From Prorocentrum cordatum (lineage: Eukaryota): 53,849 nt of DNA. Positions 37,723 to 48,713 of this stretch are shown here, piece by piece. The notes under the pieces are model-generated. The model saw nothing but the letters and a program-made list of their open reading frames with translations. It was not told where the DNA came from and made no database searches. The position numbers and the translations under genes are program-made. Position 1 is the first letter of the stretch. Every line of letters starts with the position of its first letter. The stretch is from assembly GCA_963575745.1 (NCBI GenBank), contig CAUYUJ010000285.1, positions 62,001 to 115,849 on the forward strand. Reading direction: 5' to 3'.

Positions 37723-39501
37723 GCTGCCAGCGATGATTCGGCCACTTTTGTCGCCGGCGGTGCTGTTGGTGCGTCTCCGCTCCGTTCTGCCCCGCGGGGG
37801 GAGGTGGAGCTTCCTTTTCAGTTTGCATGCCTCGATTGTCCTCGTGTCGCTGCGGCGCGGAGGGCTGTGCATAGCTTCCTGGACGATCCTGCAGTGCGTG
37901 ATTGCACGCCGCTCGATCATTTGAACTGGGCTCTGGGTCTTCCGTCCTGTGACGAGCTTCCCGAGATCCCTGCAGCTGTGGCAGACTCGCTTTGCCAGGT
38001 GCTTGCCTTCGACGGGCATGCGTTGGCCGAGTCCCGCGCTGCGAGCCTCGAGTACTGGCGGCAGCGCAAGCGCGTGCTGGACCCACTGTGGGCGGGCAAA
38101 TTCGCGGGATTGCCTGCGCACGTCCGCAGCGTTCTTGGTCCGAAGAAAAATTTGCTTGTTCTGTCGGAGATGCTCGAGGCGATCAGCTGGCCCGACGACC
38201 GGCTGGTGCGCGACCTGCAGTGTGGTTTCCCTCTGATCGGCGAAATTCCGCGCAGCGGGGTTCTGCCATGCATCTCTTTCTCTGCTCCCGCTGAAAATGC
38301 GGTTTCTTTGCGCGCACAGGCGCCAGTTTTGAACTCTGTCACGCGTCGCCGTGTGAGGCGGCCTCGGGCTGTGGAGCAGTCCGTTCGCGATGCGTTTGAG
38401 CAGAAATACATCGAAGAGGCCAGCGATGGCCACGCAAGGTGGCGCCCGTTGCGTGACACATGCGTGCTCACAGCCAGGTTTCCAGCCGACGAGGGCTGGA
38501 GAGGGGATTCACGGAAGGTGCGCTGCGTCGACGATTTCACGGCATCCCGTGTGAATGCGGCTGTGTCAGTGGGTGAAGCCATCCAGCACGACACGCTGGA
38601 CCATTTCGTTGCCGTGGCGTGCAAGGTTGTCCGCGCGGGCGCTGGCGGAGCCGCGCTTCGCAAGGAGGATTTCGTAGGTGCGTTCAAGACCCTTCCCCTC
38701 GCGAGCTCCCACCTGCAATTTGCGGTGGTGACGTGGGGTTCGGCGGAGGCCCGCGGACTGGGCCTGCAGCTTCTCGCTTGTCCCTTCGGCGCTGTCGCGT
38801 CCGTGTACAAGTGGGAACGCTTTGGCGCGGCCGTCCGGGCAATTTTGGCCAAGCAGTTCCATGTTGTTTTCCTCCGGTTCGTGGACGACCTTTTTGGGCT
38901 GGACGGAACCCTCGAGGGCGCGCCGCACTTGGCAGCGCCAGCTGGGGCCAGCGCAGTTGCCGCAGAGGTGATATCTGAATTGCTAGGGTGGGAGCTCGAC
39001 GCTTCCAAGCGCGTTTCGGCGTCAGCAGCGGCTCCGATCCTTGGAGTTGACTGCGCGGTCGAGCGCGAGGCCTGCGCTGTGCGATTGTCGGTTGGCCCTG
39101 ATAAGCTCTCGCGATGGAAGCGCCAGATTCAGGACATTCTTGCGCGGCAGGCGATTTCCCCAGCAGAAGCCAAGAAGTTGGCCGGCAAACTCAGTTGGGG
39201 AACCTCAGCGGTTTTCGGCCGAGCAGCGCGCGTGCATTTGGCACCCCTGTTCCGCCACTCTACCGGGGAGTCTGGGCGTTGGACCGGGCGCCTGGAGCGG
39301 GCGCTTCAGTGGTGGCTGCGTTTTCTAGACTGCGTGCCGCAACGGCGCGTATTTAGCTTGCAGCCCACAGCCAGGACCAAGTGCATAGTTTACTCTGACG
39401 CCACTGGCGGTGGTGACCTCGCCTGGGTGGTTTGTGCGCCCAACGCGCGCGTCTGGTCCTCGGCACGAGTTTCCGGTGCTGTCTGGCGCTGGGTTTGCTA
39501 T
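37723..39501 (+). pseudogene. pol: Element A pol (RT + partial RNase H), disrupted by insertions B and C; first codons at 33782-33808
   Basis: KVRCVDDF, KEDFVGAFKTLPL, CPFGAVASV, RFVDD, KLAGKLSW, YSDATG. Confidence 0.88.
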
Positions 39502-39842
39502 GAAAACACTACCGACGACCTCCGCGGGAGCAGTGGGACGCGACAGACCCCGCTGCCTGACTGGGAGACTCTGGGACAAGTCCAAATCCCCAGTCAGGCG
39601 ATCGCCGAAAACCGAACCACCACCACCAGGGCGGGTGGGCGGGAAAAACCGAACACCGAGCAGCCGGCACCAAGAAGACCGCCCCCAGCGGCCCACCGAG
39701 GGAGCGCGCCGCCAGTGACCAACACCGCGGGCACCATGGCCGCGAGCACACGGCCACCGAGCCCCCGAAAGGGAACTGCGGCGCCACCGCCCCCAAGGGC
39801 AAAGACGACGACGACGCCGACGACAGACAGACAGACAGACAG

Positions 39843-39910
<68 letters not shown>

Positions 39911-40319
39911 CGGCCCAGAGAGACCGACGGACAACCGCGACCTCACCGAGGCCCCCAGGCGCGTGAGAAGCAACACCGCCGACGGGAAGCGCCGCCAGGC
40001 ACCACCAGCTCCACCAGGAGCACCCACTTTGGGATAAGGCGAGTGAGCAAAGAAGCGGAGGAGTACATAGACAACTCCGGCCGCTCGTTGTTTTCTCGCG
40101 CTGAAAACGCTACGCGTTTTCGCGCGGAGAAAACACTACCGACGACCTCCGCGGGAGCAGTGGGACGCGACAGACCCCGCTGCCTGACTGGGAGACTCTG
40201 GGACAAGCCCAAATCCCCGCTGCACCCAGACCTCCCAGGCGGAAGCTGACCACGCGTTGCCTGTGAAGCAAGAGAGAATCTTTTTGGAACCACAGCCAGG
40301 CCCAATGCACCAAGAAAGT

Positions 40320-41871
40320 TCACTCGCCGTCTGACGAGCTCGAATGCTCGACCAAAAATTCAGCTGCCTGCAGGGCCCCACGTGCCCGGGCACTGGCGTA
40401 CGCAAAGGCAGTCAACCCACGCCAGCCTCCACTGTAGAAGAGGGCAGTCGGACCTCCTGCTTTGAGAGCATCCGAAGCCCAACCACGCCTGAAAGCATGC
40501 GTGCCCCACGCCTGCGGGGACCTCAGATTGCACGCGGCCGCTGCTAGTTTTAAGAAAGCCAGCGACTCGGAATAAGATATGTGTTGGAACGGTGGCTCTT
40601 TGGCCTCGACAACAGGCACTAAGGCGCACACGCCGCACAAAGACGGCCCCTGCGTCCCGCATATGCAGCCCCTGACCACTTCAACTGGCTCCTTGTAACA
40701 TTTCCGCCGCAGAAATGTTACGATCACCTGCTTCTTGCCCTTGGCCTCCTTGATTCTAAGTGGGGCCAGGCTCGTACCAATAATCAAGGTTTCACTATAG
40801 CGCAAGGTGAAGTGGCGCGACACAACCCACGACCGAGCCACGTCCGGCCTGGATGCCGTCTCGGAAGCCCACTTTGCCAGGGCGCGCGTGTCTCCTGGCG
40901 AAGCCCTCAACTTCACGGCGAGTCGCCGGATCCGTGGCCTTCTCAGCGCCCCGAATCAAGCGGGAAGTGTCCGCCAAAGGACCTGGTGAACTTTTCAACC
41001 AAGCCAACACTGTTCGAAGACGAGACACATACTGCGCCAACGAAGCTCCGCTCCGAAAGAGAGACACGAAGCAATCCAAGATGCACTCCTGAGGGGGCCA
41101 AGGCTCCACGCGCACCGTAGCCGCTGCCTGTCCCCACAAAACCACAGCAGGCGCATAACCCAAGGCACTTTTTCGCCAGCCTTGAAACTCAATCCAGCAT
41201 GCCCGCTCCGCGAAGACGGCGGCGGGAGCGGGGCTTCGTTGAGCTTCGCGAGCTTCAGCTGTTGGCGCCTGGCCAGGCATGTCCACGGGCGGCTCTGGCA
41301 CTTTGTGGAGCACGCGTATGGCGTGTGCCAGTACCGGCGGCGGGGGGACACAAACCGATTGCCTTGCAGCCACTACCAGTCGCAATGCTGCGAGCGCTTG
41401 CGCCATTTCTTCGGCTGACGCCGAGGCTGGCGCAGCTGGACCCGCCAATGAACGCTCACGGCTGTGAGGCTGGCGGTCCGTCTGCGATTCCTGCACCGCT
41501 GGCTGCTGCATCCCCCTATCCGCTCGACCACAGAACAACAGAAAAACCTTGACGATGGCAACGTCCAGCTGGCCCAGAGCAGGCCAAACCTCCTGCGCCT
41601 CGAAAGCGTCCAACGAGCCAAAATCACTGAAGGAAGTCGCGCCGTCGCGTTGCAGACTTGCTGCAATGCCGTCCGCGTCATGGACGTCCTGCTTCGCGGC
41701 GCCACCGGCCCTCTGAAGCACGCTCGCCAATTCACCGCGCCAGCGATCCGCAGGATGGCCAGGACGTGGAAGGGAAGCGCCAGGCGGCAGTGCTGGCTCG
41801 CTGGCCTCAGGAAGCCCCTCTCGTAAGCGCTGCCATCGCGCCCGCTCTGCGTTGACAAAACTCAACGCCAT
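40320..41871 (-). CDS. Element C tyrosine recombinase, frameshift near 40915
   Basis: Starts MALSFVNAERARW; GWRKSA..Y, FTLRYSE, WGTHAFRRG, GGWRG, FAYA. Confidence 0.85.
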
Positions 41872-41896
41872 GTGCCGGCCTGCAACCCGCAATCTG

Positions 41897-41916
41897 TTTG
41901 AGCCGAAGGCTACGGA
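41897..41916 (-). promoter_or_regulatory. SL-like motif 25 nt upstream of the C YR ATG
   Basis: tccgtagcc--ttcggctcaaa, 18/22 with a 2-nt gap. Confidence 0.72.
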
Positions 41917-42014
41917 AGACAAAGCAGAAGTGCCAGGCAGAAGCCGCACGTGGAAAACTGAGTGCGCCTGCGCTGCGCATATTTTCCTTCCGCGGACACC
42001 CAGCCATTGCCGCC

Positions 42015-44169
42015 TTAGCTGTCCCAGGGGAGCGCTGGCCAACGCCAAGCCGTCTCCCGGAAAGACAAGCTGTCTAGTTCAGCGCGGCTCTGCTCTGCTT
42101 TACTTACGCGAGTAGGCCCATCTGCCAGATTCAACGCAGAGGGGACATAATGAGCGTGCATAAGCACACTTGCTGCAGCTAGATCGAACCAGATGGTGCC
42201 CAAAACTGCGTTGAGGTCAGGCTGCCGGGAACTGCCACGCAAAAGTGCGCTCAACGCCGCTGTGTTGTCGATAAACACAATGAGCTCTGGTGACTCGACT
42301 CCTTGCTCCAAGAAAAGCCGCACGCCGCACAATGCTGCCACTAATTCCCAGAGGGTCACCTGCGTGCGCCTGGGCCGAGCCCAAGCCCAAGCTCTAGACG
42401 GAATCTTTGCTGCCGCCCAGACACGCTTTGACAGAGTTTGAAGCACTACAGCCAAGTTCCCTCCGCCAGTGGCGTCAGTGTACAGGATGCACCTCTGGAG
42501 CGGAGGTTGGCTGAACCGCACGAAAACGGAAGGGTCAGAACTTAAAAACCGTTCCCACCACTGCAGAGCATTGCGCACGCGAGCTGCCAGCGTACGTTTC
42601 CGTTGGCTGCTCTGCCAGAAGAGCGGTGCCAGAAAAACTCTCGCACCGCGGCCAAAAACCGCTGTGGTCCCCCAGCTAAGGCGACCAGCAAGTTTAGCAG
42701 CCTCTGCTGGCGCCAACGCGTCACTACGCAAAGCATCACGAATTTGCTGGAGCCACTTATTTTTCTTCTCGCACCCAATCCAAAACCAAATGCCCTCCAG
42801 GCAGGCCTTCGCCTCTACGCCTAACACGGTCATTTGTGTCGCCTCAGCAACTGCTTTGGATTCATCTAGCAGCCAGCCAAGCAAGTCCACGATCACTGTG
42901 CGCGCCAACCCCGCCGACCCTCGCGGACCCACCAAAGATCCGGGATCCGCGGTGCTCGCGCACGCGTCTGCGCCGAACAAATCGTCGACGAAACGCGGAT
43001 AAGCAAGCAGAAATATACGGGCCAAAATTGCTTGCACCGCGCTACCGAATCGATGCCACGCAAACACAGAAGCCGCCGCGCCAAAAGGACAAGAGAGCAA
43101 CTGTAATCCCTTGTCCTGCTGCGCAGCACTACTCCACGTGGCAACTGAAAACCGGAGATGGTTCTCCTGCACAGGAAGCGTCTTGAACGCACTCTTAAAA
43201 TCATCCTTGCGGAAGAGCAGAGGCGAACCCCCCTCTGCAGCGTCAAAACAAGCCCGGGCCACACCAACAAGTGCATCGAGCGTGTCGTGACGCATTTCCT
43301 CTGGAATGCAAGTGGCAGAATTGAGACCGTTGCCACTGAAATCGTCGATCAGACGTACTTTCCTACTCCTCTGCCCGGCACGTTCCCGCCAACCTTCGTC
43401 GACAGGGAAGCGGACTGCAAGCAAAGCATCTACGGCGGAAAGCTAAACCCAAAAAGCTTTCCTCTGCGCAACCTCTTCTTTGCATTTGTTCTCAAACGCC
43501 TCCTCTACCGCGGGGCACAGCGACGTGCGGGCCCACACCTTGCACAAAGTGTCGGCGTTGATAGCGCCCACCGAAGATTCCAGCGCACTTACGGCCACTG
43601 GTTCGGACACGTGCCGCTTCGGAGGCATTATACCGGAAGGATTCAACCTACCTACGATCGGAAACCCGAAAGCTAAGTTATGTACAAGCTCTTTATCTGG
43701 CCACGCGATGCTCTCGAGCATCTCCGCGAGAAGCAGCAGATTCTTCCCCGGCCCTACCAGCTGCTGCACGTGCAGCGGTAATCCCTGCAGAATTTGCTCC
43801 CAGGGGACAGCCAGGTCACGTTTCCGCCCCTGCCAGTACTCTAAAGCGTCAGCGCGCCATCTATGCAAAGCCCCCGGGCTGAGAGCCGAGGATTTTTGAA
43901 TTGCATCCTGCAGCAAAGGGGGGCAAGCAGCCCTCACGCGCGACGCGCGGCAAAGACTGCGCCCATTTAAAATGCACCACAGGTGTCATAGCAGACCGGG
44001 CGTCCCGATCCTGTAGCAGAGCATGCACGGCCGAACGGATCTCGACAAGAAAACCCTTTCCACCACTACCTGGAAACTCGATTGTTTCCTCTGTACCCTG
44101 AGAAGAGCTCCCGTCAGAAACCTCGCTCAGTTGTTCCTCCACGTCTGTGTCGGGGAATCGTCCTTCCCC
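42015..44169 (-). pseudogene. pol: Element C pol (RT + RNase H), frameshifts near 43920 and 43440
   Basis: ORF pieces 43861-44142, 43443-43937 and 42015-43424 are collinear with D pol; KVRLIDDF, RKDDFKSAFKTLP, RFVDD, YTDATG, FIDN, YVPSALNLADGPTR. Confidence 0.88.
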
Positions 44170-45523
44170 TCACTTGTTCCACCACTTGTCCTGCCAGGAC
44201 TTGTTGCCCTGGTTGTTGCCATGGCCGCCCTTGCCTCCCTTGCCGTTGGAGTTGCCGCCGTTGCCAGAGCGCTTTGGCGACCTGGACCTCTTCTTCTTGG
44301 GGGTGCTCGGCGCGGGCCCAGCCCCTTTGTGCGCCTTGCCCTGGCCCTTCGGCGCCGCCCCGCTGGAGCTGGCATTGCCCAAGCCTCCGTAACCAGAGCT
44401 GCTGCCACCGTAGGTCCGGGAGCCTCCGCCGTGCTGCGCCGGTGGTCGCCCGGCCGGTGGTCTCCTTCATCTTCTGAGATACTTTATCTTTGGCCTTCCG
44501 GGCCATGTCCTCGTCGAGCACGTTGAAGTAGTGCGAAAGCCGGTTCTCGCCTCGCTCGAGCGAGCGCGCCATCGCCTTACGCTGCAAGATGTCGTATTGA
44601 TAAGCCGTCCGGACCCCGCCGTGTTCCTCAGCTATGTGGGTCAGATTGAACAGGTAAGCCAGAAGCTCCGTGGACGAGCACGCTCTCATCAGCACGCACT
44701 TCATCCCCCACTGGAACACGTGACCCATGAACGTAGCGTAGCTCTGATAATCAAGCTTCAACTCGTCCGCTCGGGCTTTCTTGTCGTCGAGCACATGCCT
44801 CAGCTTCTCCTCGATAGATGAACCAGTCGGTGGCGCAGCCACGACAGGCGTGCGCGACCATTCCGGTCGGTGGTGCGTCTGCGGACACTCACCGTCCGCG
44901 CTGCCGATCCACTTGCGCTGCTTCTCGGCGGCCACTTTGCCAGCATGCTCGAATTTGGCCAAGGTTTCTTCTGAAGGGAGCCCATCCGACGGGAATTGCG
45001 CCAAACCCATTTCTTGGATCCGCTTGGCCAAATCGAAAGACAAACCCTTCTTTGCAGAGCCCGCCGCGGCCGTGTGAGACGTCGCCTGGACGAACTGCTG
45101 CATGGCATTGGCGAACACCGAGACCCCTGCAGCATCCGAATCCGAAGCCATCTTCATCTTGGACTGAAACCTACCCTGCGCACGCAGAGCCAGCGACAGC
45201 ATAGCAGGCGTCAAAACAAATTCTTTCCAACCCTCAGGGCCGGAAGAGGCGAACGGCTTGTCGTGGAGCACCAAGCCAGTCTTGAGGGAGTCGCGGATGA
45301 AGTCGTCTGCGTAATCCTCCATCTGGACGCCCTGCACGACCTCTGCCATGGCACGCGCCGTGCCAGTGTAAAAGCGAAGGTCATGTTTAGCCTTGGCGTT
45401 TTCGTCTACAGAGCAGACGAACTTGGCGAACTCCAAAATATCTTCTGTGGAAGCGCCTGCGAATGCTCCCTGCGGGAGGCCGGCGAGGTCCGAGCTGATC
45501 TCATCTGCTGAGAACGAAGCCAT
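44170..45523 (-). CDS. gag: Element C gag-like protein, frameshift near 44440
   Basis: Homologous to the A and D gags; the true C-terminus (RSRSP...WQDKWWNK) is in the 44170-44382 frame. Confidence 0.82.
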
Positions 45524-45602
45524 GACGCAGCAGTACAGGACAGGAGCCTGCAGGTGATCTGCAACGCAGCTGCTGCACAGTAGCACTTGAGTGTGTGATT
45601 TG

Positions 45603-45624
45603 CCTGAGCCAACACAGCCACGGT
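45603..45624 (-). promoter_or_regulatory. SL-like motif 79 nt upstream of the C gag ATG
   Basis: accgtggctgtgttggctcagg, 17/22. Confidence 0.65.
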
Positions 45625-46549
45625 GCTGCATGCTTGCGCGCATAACAACAATGACTGGCTGCAACGGATCATGACCGATACTGCTGTTGCACCGGGACAT
45701 GGGCGCACGCAACGTTGCAGCCCCAGAGAGCCCGCACCTGCGTCCCGCAACCAGTTCTTCGAACGCGCCCAGCTGTCACCGACGGCGCGCCAGCGGCTAG
45801 AGCCACACCCAGCAAGAAGGAGGGAAAGAAGAGAGTCCTCCGCTCCGCTCCGCCTCCGACGGCACCAACTCGCACAGTGACGCTGCTGCGCATCCCGGCG
45901 ACCCCCCTTTGACGTTAATCGCGGCCAGGGGGGCCACTCGGGTCACCCTTGCGCGAAACCATGCAAGCTACAGCGGTGCCACGCCAATCCCAGTCGAACC
46001 CCTTTGACCGCCGAGCGGCCAGGGGAGCCACATGGGTCTCCCTGCACCCCCCCCTCCGCCAGGCCAGGTCAGAGCAAGGAGAGAGGAATTTTGAGCGTAA
46101 CGAGGCCTGTTTTGGCCAAGTAACCTCACGCGAGAGGGCTTCCGCTCATCCCACGCTACTTCGGCTGACCATCGTCGGACATTTTTCATGATTCATAAAC
46201 TCGTTTATGCTGCAGGAAAACCGTGAGGAGCAGCCCCACGTGTGTTTGCCTCCACTCCTCAATTCCTGCACGCTCAATGCCTGCGCAGCGGGCTGGTGTC
46301 GGCGGCCGGCGGTTTCTGCGCGAAGCGGCGGAAGTATGCTCACCTTGCTCTGTTCGTGTGTACTCTGGTGCGGTCTCGCATGGCGGTTCGCCCGCGCTGC
46401 TCGGGTCTCGTCTGCTGGGCCGATCGTGTCTCGCAGTTCTTCTGTCGCTGCTCCCGTGCGCTGGCTCCTTGAAGCCAGATCGAGAATGCTCGCTGATACG
46501 AGCAGCGGCAAAACAAAACTCGCCGACAGCGGCTGCACAAACAAGACAG

Positions 46550-47010
46550 GCTCCCTGATAGGAGCGGCGCGTCCGAAGCTCCCTGAAAGGAGCTGCGCCT
46601 GCGTGCTCCCTGATAGGAGCCAGCGGCGCCTAGCGCTCCCTGAAAGGAGCTGCGCCTGCGTTCTCCCCGACAGGAGCGGCGCCCTAAAGCTCCCTTGCGC
46701 GTGTTCCCTGACAGGAGCAGCGGCCGAAAACTCCTTGACGGGAGCGGCGCCTCGAAGCTCCCTGATAGGAGCGGCGCTTCAAAGCTCCCTGACAGGAGCG
46801 GCCCCCCCAGAACAGAAGTTCGCCGAAGGGGGCGGCGCCCCATGCTCCCTGAAAGGAGCTGCGCCTGTGCGCTCCTCGACAGGAGCGCTGCCCACCAGAG
46901 CTCCTTCCTGTGCTCCCTGACAGGAGCAGCACCCCCAGGCTCCCTGAAAGGAGCTACGCTTGCGTGCTCCCAGACAGGAGCGGCCCCCCCAAAGCTCTAT
47001 AGCAGGAGTC
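46550..47010 (+). repeat. Array of ~15 palindromic units gctcc-ctgaNa-ggagc (period ~27 bp) in D repeat A1; shorter copy at ~53025-53290
   Basis: Counted directly. Confidence 0.85.
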
Positions 47011-47264
47011 GCGCCTGCGCGCCTCCTGGGGCGGTTCCGTGGCGCTGCGCCGGCGCGCCCCCCAGCAACAGCCTGGCGGCTGTCTGCCAACTTTCTGAGC
47101 GCCGGGCGTCCGAGTGCCCAGAATTACATTCTGTGCTCGTTTCTGCGCTCTGGTGCCAGGCGCGACTTGGCGACCATTTGGGCCTCGCGAGTGTTGTGCT
47201 TCGCACAATTGGGGTTTTCATATTCAGTCGGAAGGACTGCCATTGCTGGAGAGTTTGGTCATTA

Positions 47265-47286
47265 CCTGTCGCTTTTTAGGCTCAAG
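47265..47286 (+). promoter_or_regulatory. SL-like motif 83 nt upstream of the D gag ATG
   Basis: cctgtcgctttttaggctcaag, 16/22. Confidence 0.6.
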
Positions 47287-47369
47287 TGAACCACTCCTGC
47301 TGGGATTGAACCCTTCTTCGCACTGCAGCGTGCTCCACAGGTGTAAGTTGCAACCCAGCCGTGCCCACC

Positions 47370-48713
47370 ATGGCTTTCTCTTCCGGCGACGTCTCTGCCA
47401 TGATTGCCACTGCGCCGAGCGGGGCCTTTAACAAGGCCAACGCTGACCAGATCCGCGATTGGGTCGACTTCGTGCTGAATGTCGAGCCCAACGCGGCGGA
47501 GAAACACGAGTTGTTCTACTACGTGTCGGTGGCTCGCCTCTTGGCGGAAACGATCGGCAGCACCTCGCTCTCGGATTTCGAGGATCCACACATGCGCGAG
47601 ATGATTAAGGCAGCGATTGTTGTGAACGATTTGCCGTACGCCGCAGAGCAGGATCCAGCATGGAAAGCCTGGAAGGTTTCGCCAGCACAGGTCGTCTTCG
47701 CACTCAAGGTGCAGACCAAGTGCGCCCAAGCTGCACCACCCGCCCGCTCGGCTCCAGAAGCCGGCGCTGGGTCGAGCGACGTGGCAGGAATGGCCGAAGC
47801 TGTGAAACAGCTTGCAGAACTACAGACCCAGGCGCTCCAGAAGGGCAAGCCGAAGGGACTCAGCTTCAAGCTTCAAGACAGGATCGTTGAAGTGGGCTTG
47901 CAGAATTTCGATAAAGACACCCTCCCGTCCGAGGAAATCTTGGCGAAGTTCGAGGCCGGAGCCAAGATCGCCAACGACAAGGGCCGGGCTTGGATCGGCT
48001 CTGCAGAAGGCGAAGATCTCCGCGATCATCACCGCCCAGCATGGAGTCGCACCCCTCTCGTCGACGCGGTCGTGGGCGACGGCTCCCACGAGGATCGCGT
48101 GAGACAGAGTGCGGCCGCCAAGCGCGGAAGCGCTTGGATCGATAAGATCGATTACGTGAGCTTCGCGACCTTCATGGGGCATCTCCACGAGTGGGGTTTC
48201 AAGGTGATCCTCACGAAGGCGTGCAGCATGGCGGACTTTTTCTCCTACGTGCATATTATGATCCGCATCGCTGAGGAGAACGGCGGGGTCAGGACGGCGT
48301 TTCAATACGACGTCCTCCAGCGGAGGGCCATGGCCAAAGCGCTGGAGAGGGACGAAACCGATTTGAGCAGGTACCTTACAAGGATCGATGTTGATCTCCT
48401 GCGCACGGCCAAAGACAAGGTGGATAAGCGCTTCGCGGAGCTCGCTCGTGCATCTGGCGCGCCCAAGGGTCAGTCCAAGGGCCAGCCCAAGGGCGCCTCC
48501 AAGAGCTACGGCGACGGGGGCAGTCATGCCTCCAGCAGCGCATCCTCTGGCGGCAAGGGCGGCAAGAGCGCTAAGGGCGACAACCGGCGCGTCCGTTCGC
48601 CGCCCGCGCGGCACAAGGGCAGCGCTGGTGGCGGCCAGCAGCATCGGTCGCGCAGCCCGCGCGCTGGATGGCAGCAGTCGGGCCAGTGGGACAAGCAGTC
48701 CTGGAGCAAGTGA
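47370..48713 (+). CDS. gag: Element D gag-like protein (447 aa)
   Basis: Intact ORF homologous to the A and C gags. Confidence 0.87.
   Translation: MAFSSGDVSAMIATAPSGAFNKANADQIRDWVDFVLNVEPNAAEKHELFYYVSVARLLAETIGSTSLSDFEDPHMREMIKAAIVVNDLPYAAEQDPAWKAWKVSPAQVVFALKVQTKCAQAAPPARSAPEAGAGSSDVAGMAEAVKQLAELQTQALQKGKPKGLSFKLQDRIVEVGLQNFDKDTLPSEEILAKFEAGAKIANDKGRAWIGSAEGEDLRDHHRPAWSRTPLVDAVVGDGSHEDRVRQSAAAKRGSAWIDKIDYVSFATFMGHLHEWGFKVILTKACSMADFFSYVHIMIRIAEENGGVRTAFQYDVLQRRAMAKALERDETDLSRYLTRIDVDLLRTAKDKVDKRFAELARASGAPKGQSKGQPKGASKSYGDGGSHASSSASSGGKGGKSAKGDNRRVRSPPARHKGSAGGGQQHRSRSPRAGWQQSGQWDKQSWSK

Larger units (their letters stand above)
33808..37723 (-). mobile_element. Element B: internally deleted family-2 YR retrotransposon with complete split direct repeats
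   Basis: A1 37441-37723 = A2 34003-34285 (283 bp, 1 mismatch). B1 34284-34408 = B2 33808-33932 (125 bp). Gag and the RT N-terminus are missing. Confidence 0.9.
30984..39501 (+). mobile_element. Element A (family-2 YR retrotransposon), interrupted by B at 33808-37723 and by C at 39502; remainder predicted beyond the window
   Basis: gag 32516-33781 plus pol that rejoins in frame across B; RH is cut at RWVCY. The 5' end is inferred from ttttc|atcg...hairpin...caggaaaatcc, which resembles the 5' end of D. Confidence 0.8.

Noticed and set aside
39502..39966. C-terminal part of the 720-aa ORF 37804-39966
   Set aside because: Chance read-through from A pol into element C's terminal repeat and (ACAG)n.
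46550..47010. CRISPR-like array of palindromic repeats
   Set aside because: Repeats are 16 bp with ~11-nt, partly repeated spacers; no cas genes; lies inside a retrotransposon terminal repeat.
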